A stretch of DNA of 63,876 bases, counting the filler, from Octopus bimaculoides (lineage: Eukaryota): assembly GCF_001194135.2 (NCBI RefSeq). It is 4 parts of 4 records of this genome, joined end to end, with 100 filler letters (N's around TTAATTAATTAA, not from the genome) between each part and the next. Parts side by side here need not be neighbours in the genome. Positions count along the whole stretch, not along the records: positions 20,166 to 35,452 come from NC_069003.1; positions 35,553 to 53,713 come from NC_068987.1; 2 more parts are not named here. One strand, 5' to 3'. The position numbers and the translations under genes were made by a program. Every line of letters begins with the position of its first letter. Position 1 is the first letter of the stretch. Shown here in pieces: positions 24,600 through 37,051 of the stretch. The notes below the pieces were generated by a model that was given only the letters and a program-made list of their open reading frames with translations, did no database searches and was not told where the DNA came from.

Positions 24600-27500
24600 T
24601 TTAGGAAGGCAGTGGGCAGAATTGTACCCTTGGTACAATACTACGTCGTCCAGTTCGGGCATTATATTATACTCAATGCCGAAATTAGGTACTATCCCTT
24701 CCAGAATTTTCCATATGTAGATTATCACATGTCTGTTGCACCTTCGCTCCAGGGAATAAAATCATAGTATTTTCTGCCTCTCCCTGTAGCTCATCTGATG
24801 CACTGTTACAAGCTTTTTAGTGTAATGACGTTGAACTGCTTCAAGCTCCGCTGTTAGTTTGGCACTGTGTGGTGACCATAGCTGAGAGCAGTAGTCCAGG
24901 CAATTGAGAACAAAGGTCTTCCACAGGGTCAGCATAGCTTCTTGGTCTCTTATTTTGAAGGACCTTAGTATCTATCTTTCCAGTTGTCTGCACTTTGCTA
25001 CTATCTTGGTAATGTGCATATGAAATGATGCATCATTGCTCATACAGATCCCTAAGACTATCACTGTCTGCAACTCTGGGATTGCAGTGTCTTCGGATCC
25101 TGTGTATACAGGCTGTGGTGCATCTGTGTGCTGATATTGCGGTACATGAAATTTTCCAGCAATAAACTGCATGTTGTTTAATTCAGCCCACTTGTATATT
25201 GCACTGAAGTCCTGCTGTAAGCTTGCGACATCATCTGGATTCTTTATTGTCTGTGATAATTTTGCATCATTAGTGTGGCTAGTGACAGTGGCTGTTTGAG
25301 TGACCGTTACTGTTTATAATAAGAGAGATATTATAAACAGTAATGGCCGCAAGACAGTTCTCTGGGAGATGCCACTTAGGATTTGAGTTTCCACACAGAG
25401 GGCACCATTGGCTGCAACAGCCTGATTTCTGTCTTTAAGGAAGTCACTCTCCCAGTTTACCAGCAATGCCAAGGTCTCGCAGCTTGTGACATATCGTGCC
25501 ATGATCTACCTTATCAAAGGCCTTTGCGAGATCAAGAGATATCACATTGACATTTGAATGGTCAAGTAGATGTTTCAAAGCCCAGTCATAGGGTTGTAAG
25601 AGCTGTGTGAGGCAGCTTCTTCCTGGACGGAAGCCATGCTGTGTATTGTTTAGTAAGTCATTTTCTTCTTGGAACATTAATCAGTTTCCTTGCGATAATT
25701 CGGTTCATGACTTCACTGATATGTGAAGTCAGACAGACTGGCCTGTGGTTTTTAGCCTTTGTTCAATGTTGATGTATTTGATGGTTGGCGCCTTCGTCTG
25801 TAGGACTGCAATATTAAAGAATTCAACCGGGTATTTTAGCTGCATTGTCCCAAGGGGAAGTGAAGACACTTTTAAACTGTTCACTGAAAACTTCACTTAT
25901 CTTTTTTGGGTCGACAGTCAGTGAATCATTCCCTGGTCCTATTTTACATTGTATAGTGGCTGTTTCCTTTGCAAATTTATAGACAGCTAGGCGTAGGAGT
26001 GGCTGTGTGGTAAGTAGNNNNNNNNNNNNNNNNNNNNNNNNNNNNNNNNNNNNNNNNNNNNNNNNNNNNNNNNNNNNNNNNNNNNNNNNNNNNNNNNNNN
26101 NNNNNNNNNNNNNNNNNNNNNNNNNNNNNNNNNNNNNNNNNNNNNNNNNNNNNNNNNNNNNNNNNNNNNNNNNNNNNNNNNNNNNNNNNNNNNNNNNNNN
26201 NNNNNNNNNNNNNNNNNNNNNNNNNNNNNNNNNNNNNNNNNNNNNNNNNNNNNNNNNNNNNNNNNNNNNNNNNNNNNNNNNNNNNNNNNNNNNNNNNNNN
26301 NNNNNNNNNNNNNNNNNNNNNNNNNNNNNNNNNNNNNNNNNNNNNNNNNNNNNNNNNNNNNNNNNNNNNNNNNNNNNNNNNNNNNNNNNNNNNNNNNNNN
26401 NNNNNNNNNNNNNNNNNNNNNNNNNNNNNNNNNNNNNNNNNNNNNNNNNNNNNNNNNNNNNNNNNNNNNNNNNNNNNNNNNNNNNNNNNNNNNNNNNNNN
26501 NNNNNNNNNNNNNNNNNNNNNNNNNNNNNNNNNNNNNNNNNNNNNNNNNNNNNNNNNNNNNNNNNNNNNNNNNNNNNNNNNNTGTGTGTGTGTGTGTGTG
26601 TGTATATGTTTGTGTGTCTGTGTTTGTCCTCCCAACATCACCTGACAACCTCTGCTGGTGTGTTTACGTCCCCGTAACTTAGCGGTTCGGCAAAAGAGAC
26701 TGATAGAATAAGTAATAGGCTTCCAAAGAATAAGTCTTGGAGTCGATTTGCTCGACTAAAGGCGGTGCTCCAGCATGGCCACAGTCAAATGACTGAAACA
26801 AGTAAAAGAGTAAAAAGAGAGTAAAGAGCTTTAGGGGTGTTTTTATGCTTTCCACAGCTCTATTCTCTCCTTCTGCTCTTTCCTTTCCACGAGAGAGTTT
26901 GATTGTATTTTTGATTTGCAGGAGTGTTCGTATTAAAATAGGCTTCTCTTTATCCTTAAGTTGCCTTTGATCTGCGTCTCATAAGGATTTTCCTATCCCT
27001 GGGGAATCTTGTTTGTCGGTATGCTGGCCTTTCTTTCTGAGGTACATTTAGTGCATATAGCTTGCACTGTTGACACAAATTGACTGTATGTTTTGCATGG
27101 ATAGAATATCAGACGAGGTTCGTTCATGGGTCTCTTTGCGGATGATTTTCATTCTGCTTTATCAAAATTCAAATTTGATATGGCTTCAGTCCTCATTTTT
27201 TGGGTAGATGCTAACAGCTCGTTTAGGATCATGCAGTGTTAGGTCAACAATGTTGTAGTCTTAGAGTGTTGCTGGTGTCACCGTCACGTTATGGATAAGG
27301 TCCACATTATTTGTGAAGTAGAGGTCAAAGATGTTGTTTCCCTTGGTTGGCTCGAGTATTGCTTGTTCCATGAACAACATATTAGAAAGTTCAAGTAATG
27401 ACTCTACATGCTTTTGTTCATGCAGTGACATCCCAGAGAGGATGTGACCTTCCAGCCATTAAACATTTAGGAGGTTGAAGTCACCCAAGAGGAGTCTATT

Positions 27501-28510
27501 GATGTGTTGGTCTAGGTTTGTCAATACCTCTTCTATGTGGCTGAGGCTATCCTCAAATTTGCCATCATATTTCATGGTATTTGGCGGACGAAATATTGTG
27601 CATACAACTACATCAATTTGCTTTATATATATATATAATTAAGTTGTTGCAAACTGAGTTTGAATGTGACAGTAATACAAGAGGTGTGACATCTTCACGG
27701 ATGTACATAGCAACTCTTCCATAGCTTCTTTCTATTCTGTCTGTACTAAATATAGCATACCCTGGTATGCGTACTTCTGCATTTGTTATATTGGAGGTTA
27801 GATGCGTTTCTATGAGTGTCATACATATTGCTTGATTGCATGCAGCAAGTTCTTTTAGATAAAATTTTTTTACTTCTGTTACTGAGTTTTAATTGACTTT
27901 TGGATGCGATATCTGGATAGATTTTTACTGGTGTTAGTAGTAGTTATCCTGGGTCCATCACGTGAGGTGGTCTTGTGCATTGAAATGTATGGCTTTGATT
28001 TTGCATCTTTTATCATACATCCATGTCAACTGCTGCACTATCTTCTGGGTCATGTTCAAAAAAGCCTGTTGCTCGATAGCTGCAGTTCATGCAGCCTCTG
28101 CATATTGTCTTTTGAGGGGTGCAGATGATCTGTGTTGATTTCTTTTCCTATTCTTATGAGACTTGTTTCTTCCTGCAGGTCCATGTTTCTATGTTTCTGC
28201 TGGTTTAGTTTTGGTTGGTTACCTTGTTTGTTCCAATGAGGCTTGGGATGGGCAAAGCTGCATTTTGTTCTCCTTTTCCCCATGCCAACAGGTATTATTT
28301 AAATAAAATTTACTGGCAATCTGGGATCTGCCTGCTTCTGTCCTTGCGTTTGTTCGTTTTTCTTTTTGACATTTAGGGTTTTCATCTTTAGTTTTGTCTT
28401 TGCTTTTAGTTTCGGACTTGAGGGCATCACTTTTCCCGGCTGCATTGCTATTAGTTCGTTTGACGGAGATATCCCCAGCCATGTTCCATGCTGGCTGCTA
28501 ATGTCCATCT
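24600..28510 (-). mobile_element. CR1-clade LINE, long and decayed (ORF1 end, APE endonuclease, RT)
   Basis: RT motifs QHGFRPGRSCLTQLL, SLDLAKAFDKVDH, GISQRTVLRPLLF; APE motifs ETHL...IPGY...DR...GRVAMYIRE and LLGDFN-like (reverse complement of gttgaagtcacccaagag); Cys/His-rich ORF1 region; many stops and frameshifts. Confidence 0.92.
25989..26828 (+). mobile_element. Composite SINE (A head, CA microsatellite, C tail) nested in the CR1 LINE
   Basis: Head ggcgtaggagtggctgtgtggtaag, gap, (TG)n, then tail ending gactgaaacaagtaaaagag; the LINE sequence resumes on both sides (gacagct|ttagggg). Confidence 0.85.
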
Positions 28511-28537
28511 GTTGATTTTTCGTAGTATAAAAAAGGT

Positions 28538-28614
<77 letters not shown>
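28538..28614. repeat. (GA)n microsatellite
   Basis: Direct sequence. Confidence 0.98.
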
Positions 28615-28617
<3 letters not shown>

Positions 28618-29262
28618 ATTGATGAAAGTAGGAATTAGGTAGTTCAGAATACCGTAGATATACAGTGGAAAGCAAAATAAAGTTTGTACCAAACTTATAT
28701 GTAACGTTATAAAGTGAGGTATGAGAGAAAAGTGAGAGTATACGAAAAGAGAGGACACTTTAAAAGATCGTAGAATGTACAGTGAAAGATAGAAACGAGG
28801 TTTGTAAAAACTTATATTACTTTACAAAAGAGAGGCCAGAGAGAAAGAGCAAAAGTGTTTATTAGTATAGGAGAGATAGAAAGTCTGTAACAAAAAAGGT
28901 AAGAGAAGGAAAAGGAAAGTTCAACGAGGGAGGAAATAAAGAGAGTCTGAAAGAAAAAGATTAGAGAAGGAAAAGTAAATTCGTTGTGCCAAAACGAATC
29001 GGAGAATTTAACTTCAAAAACGTTCAATGAGAGAGGAAATCAGGAAAGTTTGTGACAAAAATGGTGAGAGAATGATGAGTTCATTACGCGCTAAAACGAA
29101 TCGAAATAATGAACTTTAAGAATGTTTAATGAGATAATAAGTTTAAGTAGTGGCCGTATGGTTAGGGAGATAGAAGCAAGAAAAAGTGAAGGGAAAAGTG
29201 GCTGAAGTTATGGAATAAACAGAATTAAAATGCTTAACTTTGAAGAATTTTCGATGAGAAAA

Positions 29263-29326
29263 TTGACTTAGAGTGTATTACTTACACTGACTTAGAGTAT
29301 ATACTTACATTGACTTAGAGTGTATT
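29263..29326. repeat. Short ~23-bp tandem repeat (tgacttagagtgtattacttaca) x~3
   Basis: Direct sequence. Confidence 0.8.
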
Positions 29327-30571
29327 AAAGTTAGAATAAATTCATCTTACGTTATAGTCTTGTGAGAGAAAGAAGAAAGAAACTTACAGTGAAATTCACT
29401 CAAAAATCAACGAAGATTTTTGCTTGAGTATAAAAGCACGTTATACTAGAAAAACAGTTTCGCAATGTAATTATTGAAAGAAAACAAATAGTACATATTC
29501 AAGTTAGAATATCTTCGTGTAAGAAACTCCTTTGATATATGATTTAGTGAGAAGGATCAAATTTTTCTTAACACTGGTTATCAGCAATTTTGTCGAGGGA
29601 ATAACACGAAAGACAAAATGCACCCAGTCATATAGTGCTTCCATCTCTCTCTCTCTCTCTCTNNNNNNNNNNNNNNNNNNNNNNNNNNNNNNNNNNNNNN
29701 NNNNNNNNNNNNNNNNNNNNNNNNNNNNNNNNNNNNNNNNNNNNNNNNNNNNNNNNNNNNNNNNNNNNNNNNNNNNNNNNNNNNNNNNNNNNNNNNNNNN
29801 NNNNNNNNNNNNNNNNNNNNNNNNNNNNNNNNNNNNNNNNNNNNNNNNNNNNNNNNNNNNNNNNNNNNNNNNNNNNNNNNNNNNNNNNATATATATATAT
29901 ATATATATACACGTGTGTTTGTGTGCATGTGCACGTGCACACACACAAACCACACATACATGTTGCAGCTCTTGAGTGTGAGAAAATATCATGCATGGCT
30001 CTTCCCACCAAATAATTTGGTCACCCCTGGGATCTTAGTGGTTTTCGTCACTGTTTACAATTTTGTTCCAATTGATTTCAAATTTGGAATATAGATTAAG
30101 TTTTGTATACTAATTATGAAAATGAAATTCATTTTTCCTATGATCCATAATTAAAAAGTTATTAGCCTTTAAAATTTGCAAAAATTGGGTATTTTAGCCA
30201 ATCAGAAGCGTGGCAAACAACTCTGTTTCCATACTAACCAAAGCAAAGAAGTACCACGTGTTGCATAGCTGATTGCGAAGAACTCTGTTTCCATAGTAAC
30301 CAAAGATGCTGTGCATGCGCACAAGGAGTGTAACCACCACGTGTTCTATAATTGTTTATTTTCATAACAGAAGGAATTCGATTCTAGCACGATGGCCACA
30401 GCTTTAAACCTTTCCTATGTGTAGAAGGAGATACGAGAAAGATAGTTAATTTTATAAAATCCTAGAGTGTATTGCAAACTTTCGTTCTTGAATTTTTTGA
30501 ACTAATAAATGTCTGCTTTAAACAATGTTTTGACTGTTATTTCCAGCAACTCCTGTTGGTTTGTTCGTAGC

Positions 30572-30611
<40 letters not shown>

Positions 30612-30612
30612 A

Positions 30613-30666
<54 letters not shown>

Positions 30667-30891
30667 AAATGAAGGTAAGACGTGAATGGAGCATGATTTG
30701 GCTGTTATATGTAATAGGTCGATAATTCCGTTGACAGAGTAGCTAGAACACTGATTGGTCATGAAACCTATAGAAAGTATATTCATTTATATAACCAACC
30801 CCTATCTACCACACCCTCTTTCTCTCACTCTCTCTATACATACACCCCCCACCACACACATATATACATATACCATTATTTTCTTTTACAG

Positions 30892-30966
30892 TTTCGACGT
30901 AGACGGTTCTGGAACAATCGACGGTATTGAATTACACAGAGCCTTCCAATCATTTGGATACCAAGT
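30892..30966 (+). CDS. Internal exon encoding an EF-hand of a penta-EF-hand protein (PDCD6/ALG-2/peflin/sorcin-like)
   Basis: Acceptor ttttcttttacAG and donor GTAAGT; 75 nt, phase 2/2; encodes FDVDGSGTIDGIELHRAFQSFGYQV with a DxDxSGxIxxxE loop followed by the PEF-typical L..A...FGY. Confidence 0.8.
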
Positions 30967-31281
30967 GTAAGTTTGTTTATAAACACCCCACTTCTTATTC
31001 TCCTCACGCTTCTTTTCTTCCCACACATGCTCTTCCTCCACAAACTCACAAAAATAAAAAATAACAACAAAAGATTTTTTTACATTATAAATACGCTCCT
31101 TACCCATAAAAGTAATATTGGATACCAAATGAAATTCATGAAAGTGCAACCTACAGAGCCCTCCTCTCCCGTAATTCTATTTCGTCATGTAATACTCTTT
31201 AAATATTTTTGACACTTCCTCTCACCACCGTTTTCCTAAAAAAGATAACAATCATAAAAATATTAATCTTTTCTACTAAAT

Positions 31282-31480
31282 GCACAAGGCCTGAAATTTG
31301 GGGGAGGGGGCAAGTCGATTACATCGACCCTCAGTATTTCACTGGTACTTAATTTATCGACCCCGAAAGGATGAAAGGCAAAGTCAACCTCGGTGGAACT
31401 TGAACTCAGAATGTAAAGACGGACGAAATGCCGCTAAGCATTTCACCCGGCGTGCTAACGACTCTGCAAGCTCGCTGCCT
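31282..31480 (-). mobile_element. tRNA-derived SINE (family B)
   Basis: Well-preserved reverse complement of family B. Confidence 0.9.
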
Positions 31481-31579
31481 TAAATAATAAAAATAATAAT
31501 AATAACAATAATAATAATAATAATAATAATCCTTTGTACTATAGGCACAAGGCCCCAGTACTCAACTGGTAAATTCCGA

Positions 31580-31633
<54 letters not shown>

Positions 31634-32353
31634 CTTGATCTTGGTTTTGCGTCTTGAATCGAGACCTTAAAAAAGAAACTGAAGGACTCATAATGTCTAC
31701 GTAAAGCCGATCATTGCGGACGAATACCATTAAGACAAAAATAGACGAATTTGAGCAAAGAGGAATTCGTTATGCACATAAGTTCTTGTAGAACTCAGAA
31801 GGAATATAGACGCAGAAACGACTGTGTGGCCAATGTAAAACACTAGGACATATGGCAAAGAAGATTTAAAGCAGGAAGAAAATGGTACCAACGTCAACTA
31901 GAAAGTGTAACAGAGAACAACAAGTATAAAGTCTTTTAATGTACAAACTGACCAGAAACTTCATGCAAGGCGACTAGATATTATCGTTCTGGACAAAGAG
32001 AAAAAAAAGAATGCACCATCAAAGATATGGCTCTATCCGTGGACATGAATTTAGCAATTAAAGAACAGGTAAAATGAGGACAGTATCAGGACTTGGCTAG
32101 GGAAATAGGAAGACTGAGGGGTAGGGTTGTTCTACAAAAGTAAATCCAGTTTTCATAGGTGCTCTAGGTGCTGTCACCAACAGACTTAAAAGTTTCTTTG
32201 TTGAGATTGGTGTAACTACAAGAGTTGCATCAATTCAGAAATCTGCTCTTTTGGGAACAAGGATTATAAGAAAGATCCTCGATGACTAAAGAAACTGGTT
32301 GTGACCCGGTATCAAGGACATTGATTCCGAATGTAAAACATTCGTGCACACCA

Positions 32354-32355
<2 letters not shown>
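31634..32355 (+). mobile_element. Dong/R4-clade non-LTR element, 3' part (RLE endonuclease) between (TAA)n arrays
   Basis: KKETEGLIM..., frameshifted RLDIIVLD...KD...K.QDLAREI, PVFIGALGAV, IQKSALLGT..IRKIL* (PD-(D/E)xK restriction-like endonuclease); ends in (AAT)n. Confidence 0.85.
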
Positions 32356-32422
<67 letters not shown>

Positions 32423-32423
32423 G

Positions 32424-32945
32424 TACCAGGCAGTGGATCTCATGGCTTCTGGTCTTAACTGATTGAAAGTGCTATCATGTACATTGTTTTGTCTTGGTAT
32501 AAAAGATGGGCTACAGCAAATATTCTGCTTAATACCACAGATTTGCTTGTCAGTTGTTTGACTTTAACCAGTTGAGCATGTCCCTTAGTGGCTGACGATA
32601 TGTGCATCTTTGATCACGAGCAGAAGTAGTGGGGGAGCATCATAGCCATGTGTTGAGAGGAAATCTTTGGAGTTTGAACATGGGTGTTTCGTTCGACATC
32701 CTTAAACAACCCTTATTCAGGGACCTTTTGAGCGGGATAGGCTACTCAAGCTGAAGAAAATTCTAATTGGGCCCCATCTGCAAAGTCATGCACTGTTTAT
32801 CTCGATATGAGATCACCATGTCATGCAGATACGGTTGTGATGCATGTGCCTTGTGTACCCTTATCAGACTGGTAGTCATGATGGGTATACACGGCTTCGT
32901 ATATTTCATCCCAGTGTCACTTTAATGGCATGCACTGCTCTCTCA
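32424..32945 (+). mobile_element. ~520-bp non-coding interspersed element flanked by (TAA)n
   Basis: No ORF and no clear tRNA A/B boxes; (TAA)n on both sides; its 3' ~65 nt recurs at 34839-34905. Strand assumed from the (AAT)n tail. Confidence 0.65.
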
Positions 32946-32959
32946 ATAGTAATAATAAT

Positions 32960-34838
32960 CCGAAACAAATCTAAAACCCACAAATAGTGAAGGTGAAACT
33001 AATGAAAGTCACAGATCTCAGTATGGACCACCGATTGTACCTCCCAAAAATTAAAATTGATAATAAAGCAACGTCAATAATAAACAGCGTGATACTAGCC
33101 GTCACAGAACTAATAGCCACAGAAACAAATGTCAATATGACCAGACTAAATGATATAATATTTGCAGCAGCCTCTGTGGCCACAAAAGAAGCTGGATACC
33201 CACTAAAACCTATCCAAACAGGAGTGTCACCACCCAAGCAAACTCTGTGGATAAATAATATCCAGAGAAAAAAAAAAGAAAAGAAGAGAAAGGATCTGTC
33301 AATCAACACTACTGAGCAACAAAGAGAGATGAAAAATACTACGTAAATACAAAATTACAGAACAAGATACACCTGAGGTAAAAGAACATCTAAAGCAAGA
33401 TATCCTCACCAAAACACAAAGAAACTGCCGGTATGAGAAACGCCAACGTTTCTTTGAACAAAACAAACAGTTCAACTCCAACCCCCAAAGACTCTAACAA
33501 AAACTTGGCAAAAATAAAATAGAGAGTAATGCAGCATCAACAGCAGAAGTGGAAGATTTTTGGAAAGAAATATGGCCGGCGAAAGAACAACCTCAGAAAA
33601 GATCTATCAAAACAACGAACACATCACCTGAACAACTATAGATCTCTATAACAACTGAAGAGGTCACCAGGCACTGCAAAAACTAAGCAACTGAAAGGCA
33701 CCCAGGCACGACAAGATACCAAACTTCTGGTTAAAATACCTAACAGGAACACATAAAAAGCTGGCTGAGAAACTTAATGAAATACCAGCAGAGCCAGAGA
33801 CAATGCCTTAATGGCTCACAGAAGGGAAAACTATCCTAATTCCCAAATCCACTGAAATGGCAAACCCACAAAATTACAGACCGAAAACTTGTCTCCCTGC
33901 AATTTACAAAGCCTTTGCTGCAATAATACCGCAGAGAATGGGTAGACATCTGGAAGAAAACAACCTATTTCCAGTAAAGCATGAGGGATGCTGCAAAGGC
34001 TCATACAGCTGTAAAGATCAGTTACTGATCATTAAAGCCATAACTGAAGACAGCTGCAGAAAAAAGAAGGGTCTAAGTATGGCCTGGATCAATTGCCGAA
34101 AGGTTTTTAATAGTATTCTCCACACATGGATCCTAGAAACACTAGCCATGAATAAGGTAGCACCAATAATCATCAAATATATAAAACATTCCATGAATAA
34201 ATGACAGACAGTGCTACAGCTCCAAACAAAAGAGGGACACATAAAAGCCAAAGCTATCCCCATTAGAAGAGGAATATTCCAGGGAGACATTCTCTCTCCA
34301 CTCCTTTTCTGCTTAGTACAGACACCTTTATCTCACATGCTAAACAGAACTGGAAGTGGATACAACTGTTACAGCAAAACAATCAGCCGTCTCTTATATA
34401 TGGATAATCTAAAACTGTACACTACAAATGGTAGACAGCTGGAAACACTACTACTGACAGTACATGGATTTACCAAAGAAATAAGCATGAAATTTGGCTC
34501 AGGAAAATCTGGAAAAGCAACCTTGAATAGAGGAAAACTAGTTAAGAGTAGCAACATCACACTAGATAAAGCAAATGAAATAAGAGAATTAGACCAAAGC
34601 CAGACATACAAATACTTAGGAATCAATGAACTAGATACGATACAACACACACAAATGAAAGAGAAGATTTAAAAAATGCTATAGACGAATTAGATTAAAA
34701 CTGACAACAGAGCTCAATGCGAGAAACAAGATAATAGGTATCAACACTCTAAGTTACAGCTACAATATTCTTAACTGGACTCTAAATGAACTAATCAAAA
34801 TAGACAGGAAAAATAATGACAGGATTTAGGATGCACCA
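32960..34838 (+). mobile_element. Dong/R4-clade non-LTR element, RT region (decayed)
   Basis: NYRPKTCLPAIYK, EGCCKGSYSCKDQLLI, RRGIFQGDILSPLLF, LLYMDNLKLY, YKYLGI; frameshifts and stops. Confidence 0.9.
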
Positions 34839-34925
34839 CTGGGCTTCGTATATTTTACCCCAGTGTCACTTTGATGGTATGCACTGCTCTCTCACCTACT
34901 CAATAATAATAATAATAATAATAAT
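34839..34925 (+). mobile_element. 3' end of the ~520-bp element plus (AAT)n tail, fused to the Dong RT fragment
   Basis: gggcttcgtatattttaccccagtgtcactttgatggtatgcactgctctctca is a close match to 32892-32945. Confidence 0.85.
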
Positions 34926-35355
34926 AAGGATAATAGACAAACGGGGGTTGGCAAGAGCCTCGTTTTGCTACACAACATGTATTATCTTTATATAATTTTC
35001 TGACATAGTGTAGATTGTTATTTATTTTTCTTTGCGTGTATGTATGTATATATGTATGCATGTATATTGCGTGTGTTTGTGTGTGTTAGGGATATGTGAG
35101 TGTGAAACAAATGTCAAGCTATCACATTTCCCTCTTTTCTATTCTATTCAACTTCAATGTTGGACCTTGAATTATATCCATTAGTTTTTTTTCTTTAGTT
35201 ACTTTTACGATTTTGTTTTATTTTTCATATTTTGATTCGTTAGATTTAAAAAAATAATAAATTCGCTTTTATAGCTTTCTGAATGCACAGTTTATTCTAT
35301 GTACGTATATACGTACATAAAAATGTGTGTGTATCCCTCCATTCCCCTCTTTCTC

Positions 35356-35452
<97 letters not shown>

Positions 35453-35552
35453 NNNNNNNNNNNNNNNNNNNNNNNNNNNNNNNNNNNNNNNNNNNNTTAA
35501 TTAATTAANNNNNNNNNNNNNNNNNNNNNNNNNNNNNNNNNNNNNNNNNNNN
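35453..35552. other. Artificial scaffold spacer
   Basis: 44 N + TTAATTAATTAA + 44 N. Confidence 0.95.
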
Positions 35553-35660
35553 CTTGTGGACGGTCTCCTTGTTTAAGTGAATGCTGCCCTTATCCTTTCC
35601 TTCAGTTCTGCTTTCGTGCTACAAGAGGTTCTGTTGGTCTTTCGCTAAACTGCAACCCTC
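35553..35660 (-). mobile_element. Possible Tc1/mariner transposase C-terminal fragment
   Basis: Minus strand KTNRTSCSTKAELKERIRAAF...NKETVHK resembles the post-DDD/E helix. Confidence 0.4.
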
Positions 35661-37011
35661 ACTCAAACAATCTGAAATGATCATATTGGAGATTTAGGCG
35701 CGAATGCCAAGCAGTTCAGCATGTCGTTTCCAAATTTCTGGCAGAGTGAATTGTGGCATGGTGCCGTCATTCCAAAGACGGTGCCCAACTAACGCTACTA
35801 TACTGTGTAATGGAGAAATCGCCCCCCCATAAAATAATGTGCATATGTTAAATTAAATATATAATATGGTGACAATTTACACGTCGCAAACTCTATATAT
35901 ACATATACGAGCGTGTGTATTTGTTCCTGTGTATCTTTGTGTGTGAGTGTGTGTGCGTATAAAAGAAGGAGACTCATAATGTATAAGTTTGTAGGTGAAG
36001 AAATGGAAGATTGGTATTAATATCCAAACTACTCACGACGTCCTGGCTTAGTCTACAGAAAACAGAAGCAAGAACACATAATTCAGAAGATAAAACTAGG
36101 AAGTTCGACAAATGTTGATGGATTCATGAATTTTACTGACCAAAATAAACTGCAAACAGCTCATGGGAAAACTATGGGCAAGTTTGAAAGTATACACACG
36201 TTTGAAAGTAAGGTGAAAAATAGACTTAAATGTGTACCTATAAATACACGGATACATGCGTGAATAATTATTCCCCCTCTTATGTATACTCACATCTATA
36301 CAAAACGAAGACTCACATCAACACACACACATAGTCAAGCACACACACTCACGCATTCATGGATAAATACACACATATATAAATTAATATTTATAAATAT
36401 ATATGCAAAACTATGCATATGCGTACACAGATGTATATATATNNNNNNNNNNNNNNNNNNNNNNNNNNNNNNNNNNNNNNNNNNNNNNNNNNNNNNNNNN
36501 NNNNNNNNNNNNNNNNNNNNNNNNNNNNNNNNNNNNNNNNNNNNNNNNNNNNNNNNNNNNNNNNNNNNNNNNNNNNNNNNNNNNNNNNNNNNNNNNNNNN
36601 NNNNNNNNNNNNNNNNNNNNNNNNNNNNNNNNNNNNNNNNNNNNNNNNNNNNNNNNNNNNNNNNNNNNNNNNNNNNNNNNNNNNNNNNNNNNNNNNNNNN
36701 NNNNNNNNNNNNNNNNNNNNNNNNNNNNNNNNNNNNNNNNNNNNNNNNNNNNNNNNNNNNNNNNNNNNNNNNNNNNNNNNNNNNNNNNNNNNNNNNNNNN
36801 NNNNNNNNNNNNNNNNNNNNNNNNNNNNNNNNNNNNNNNNNNNNNNNNNNNNNNNNNNNNNNNNNNNNNNNNNNNNNNNNNNNNNNNNNNNNNNNNNNNN
36901 NNNNNNNNNNNNNNNNNNNNNNNNNNNNNNNNNNNNNNNNNNNNNNNNNNNNNNNNNNNNNNNNNNNNNNNNNNNNNNNNNNNNNNNNNNNNNNNNNNNN
37001 NNNNNNNNNNN

Positions 37012-37051
<40 letters not shown>

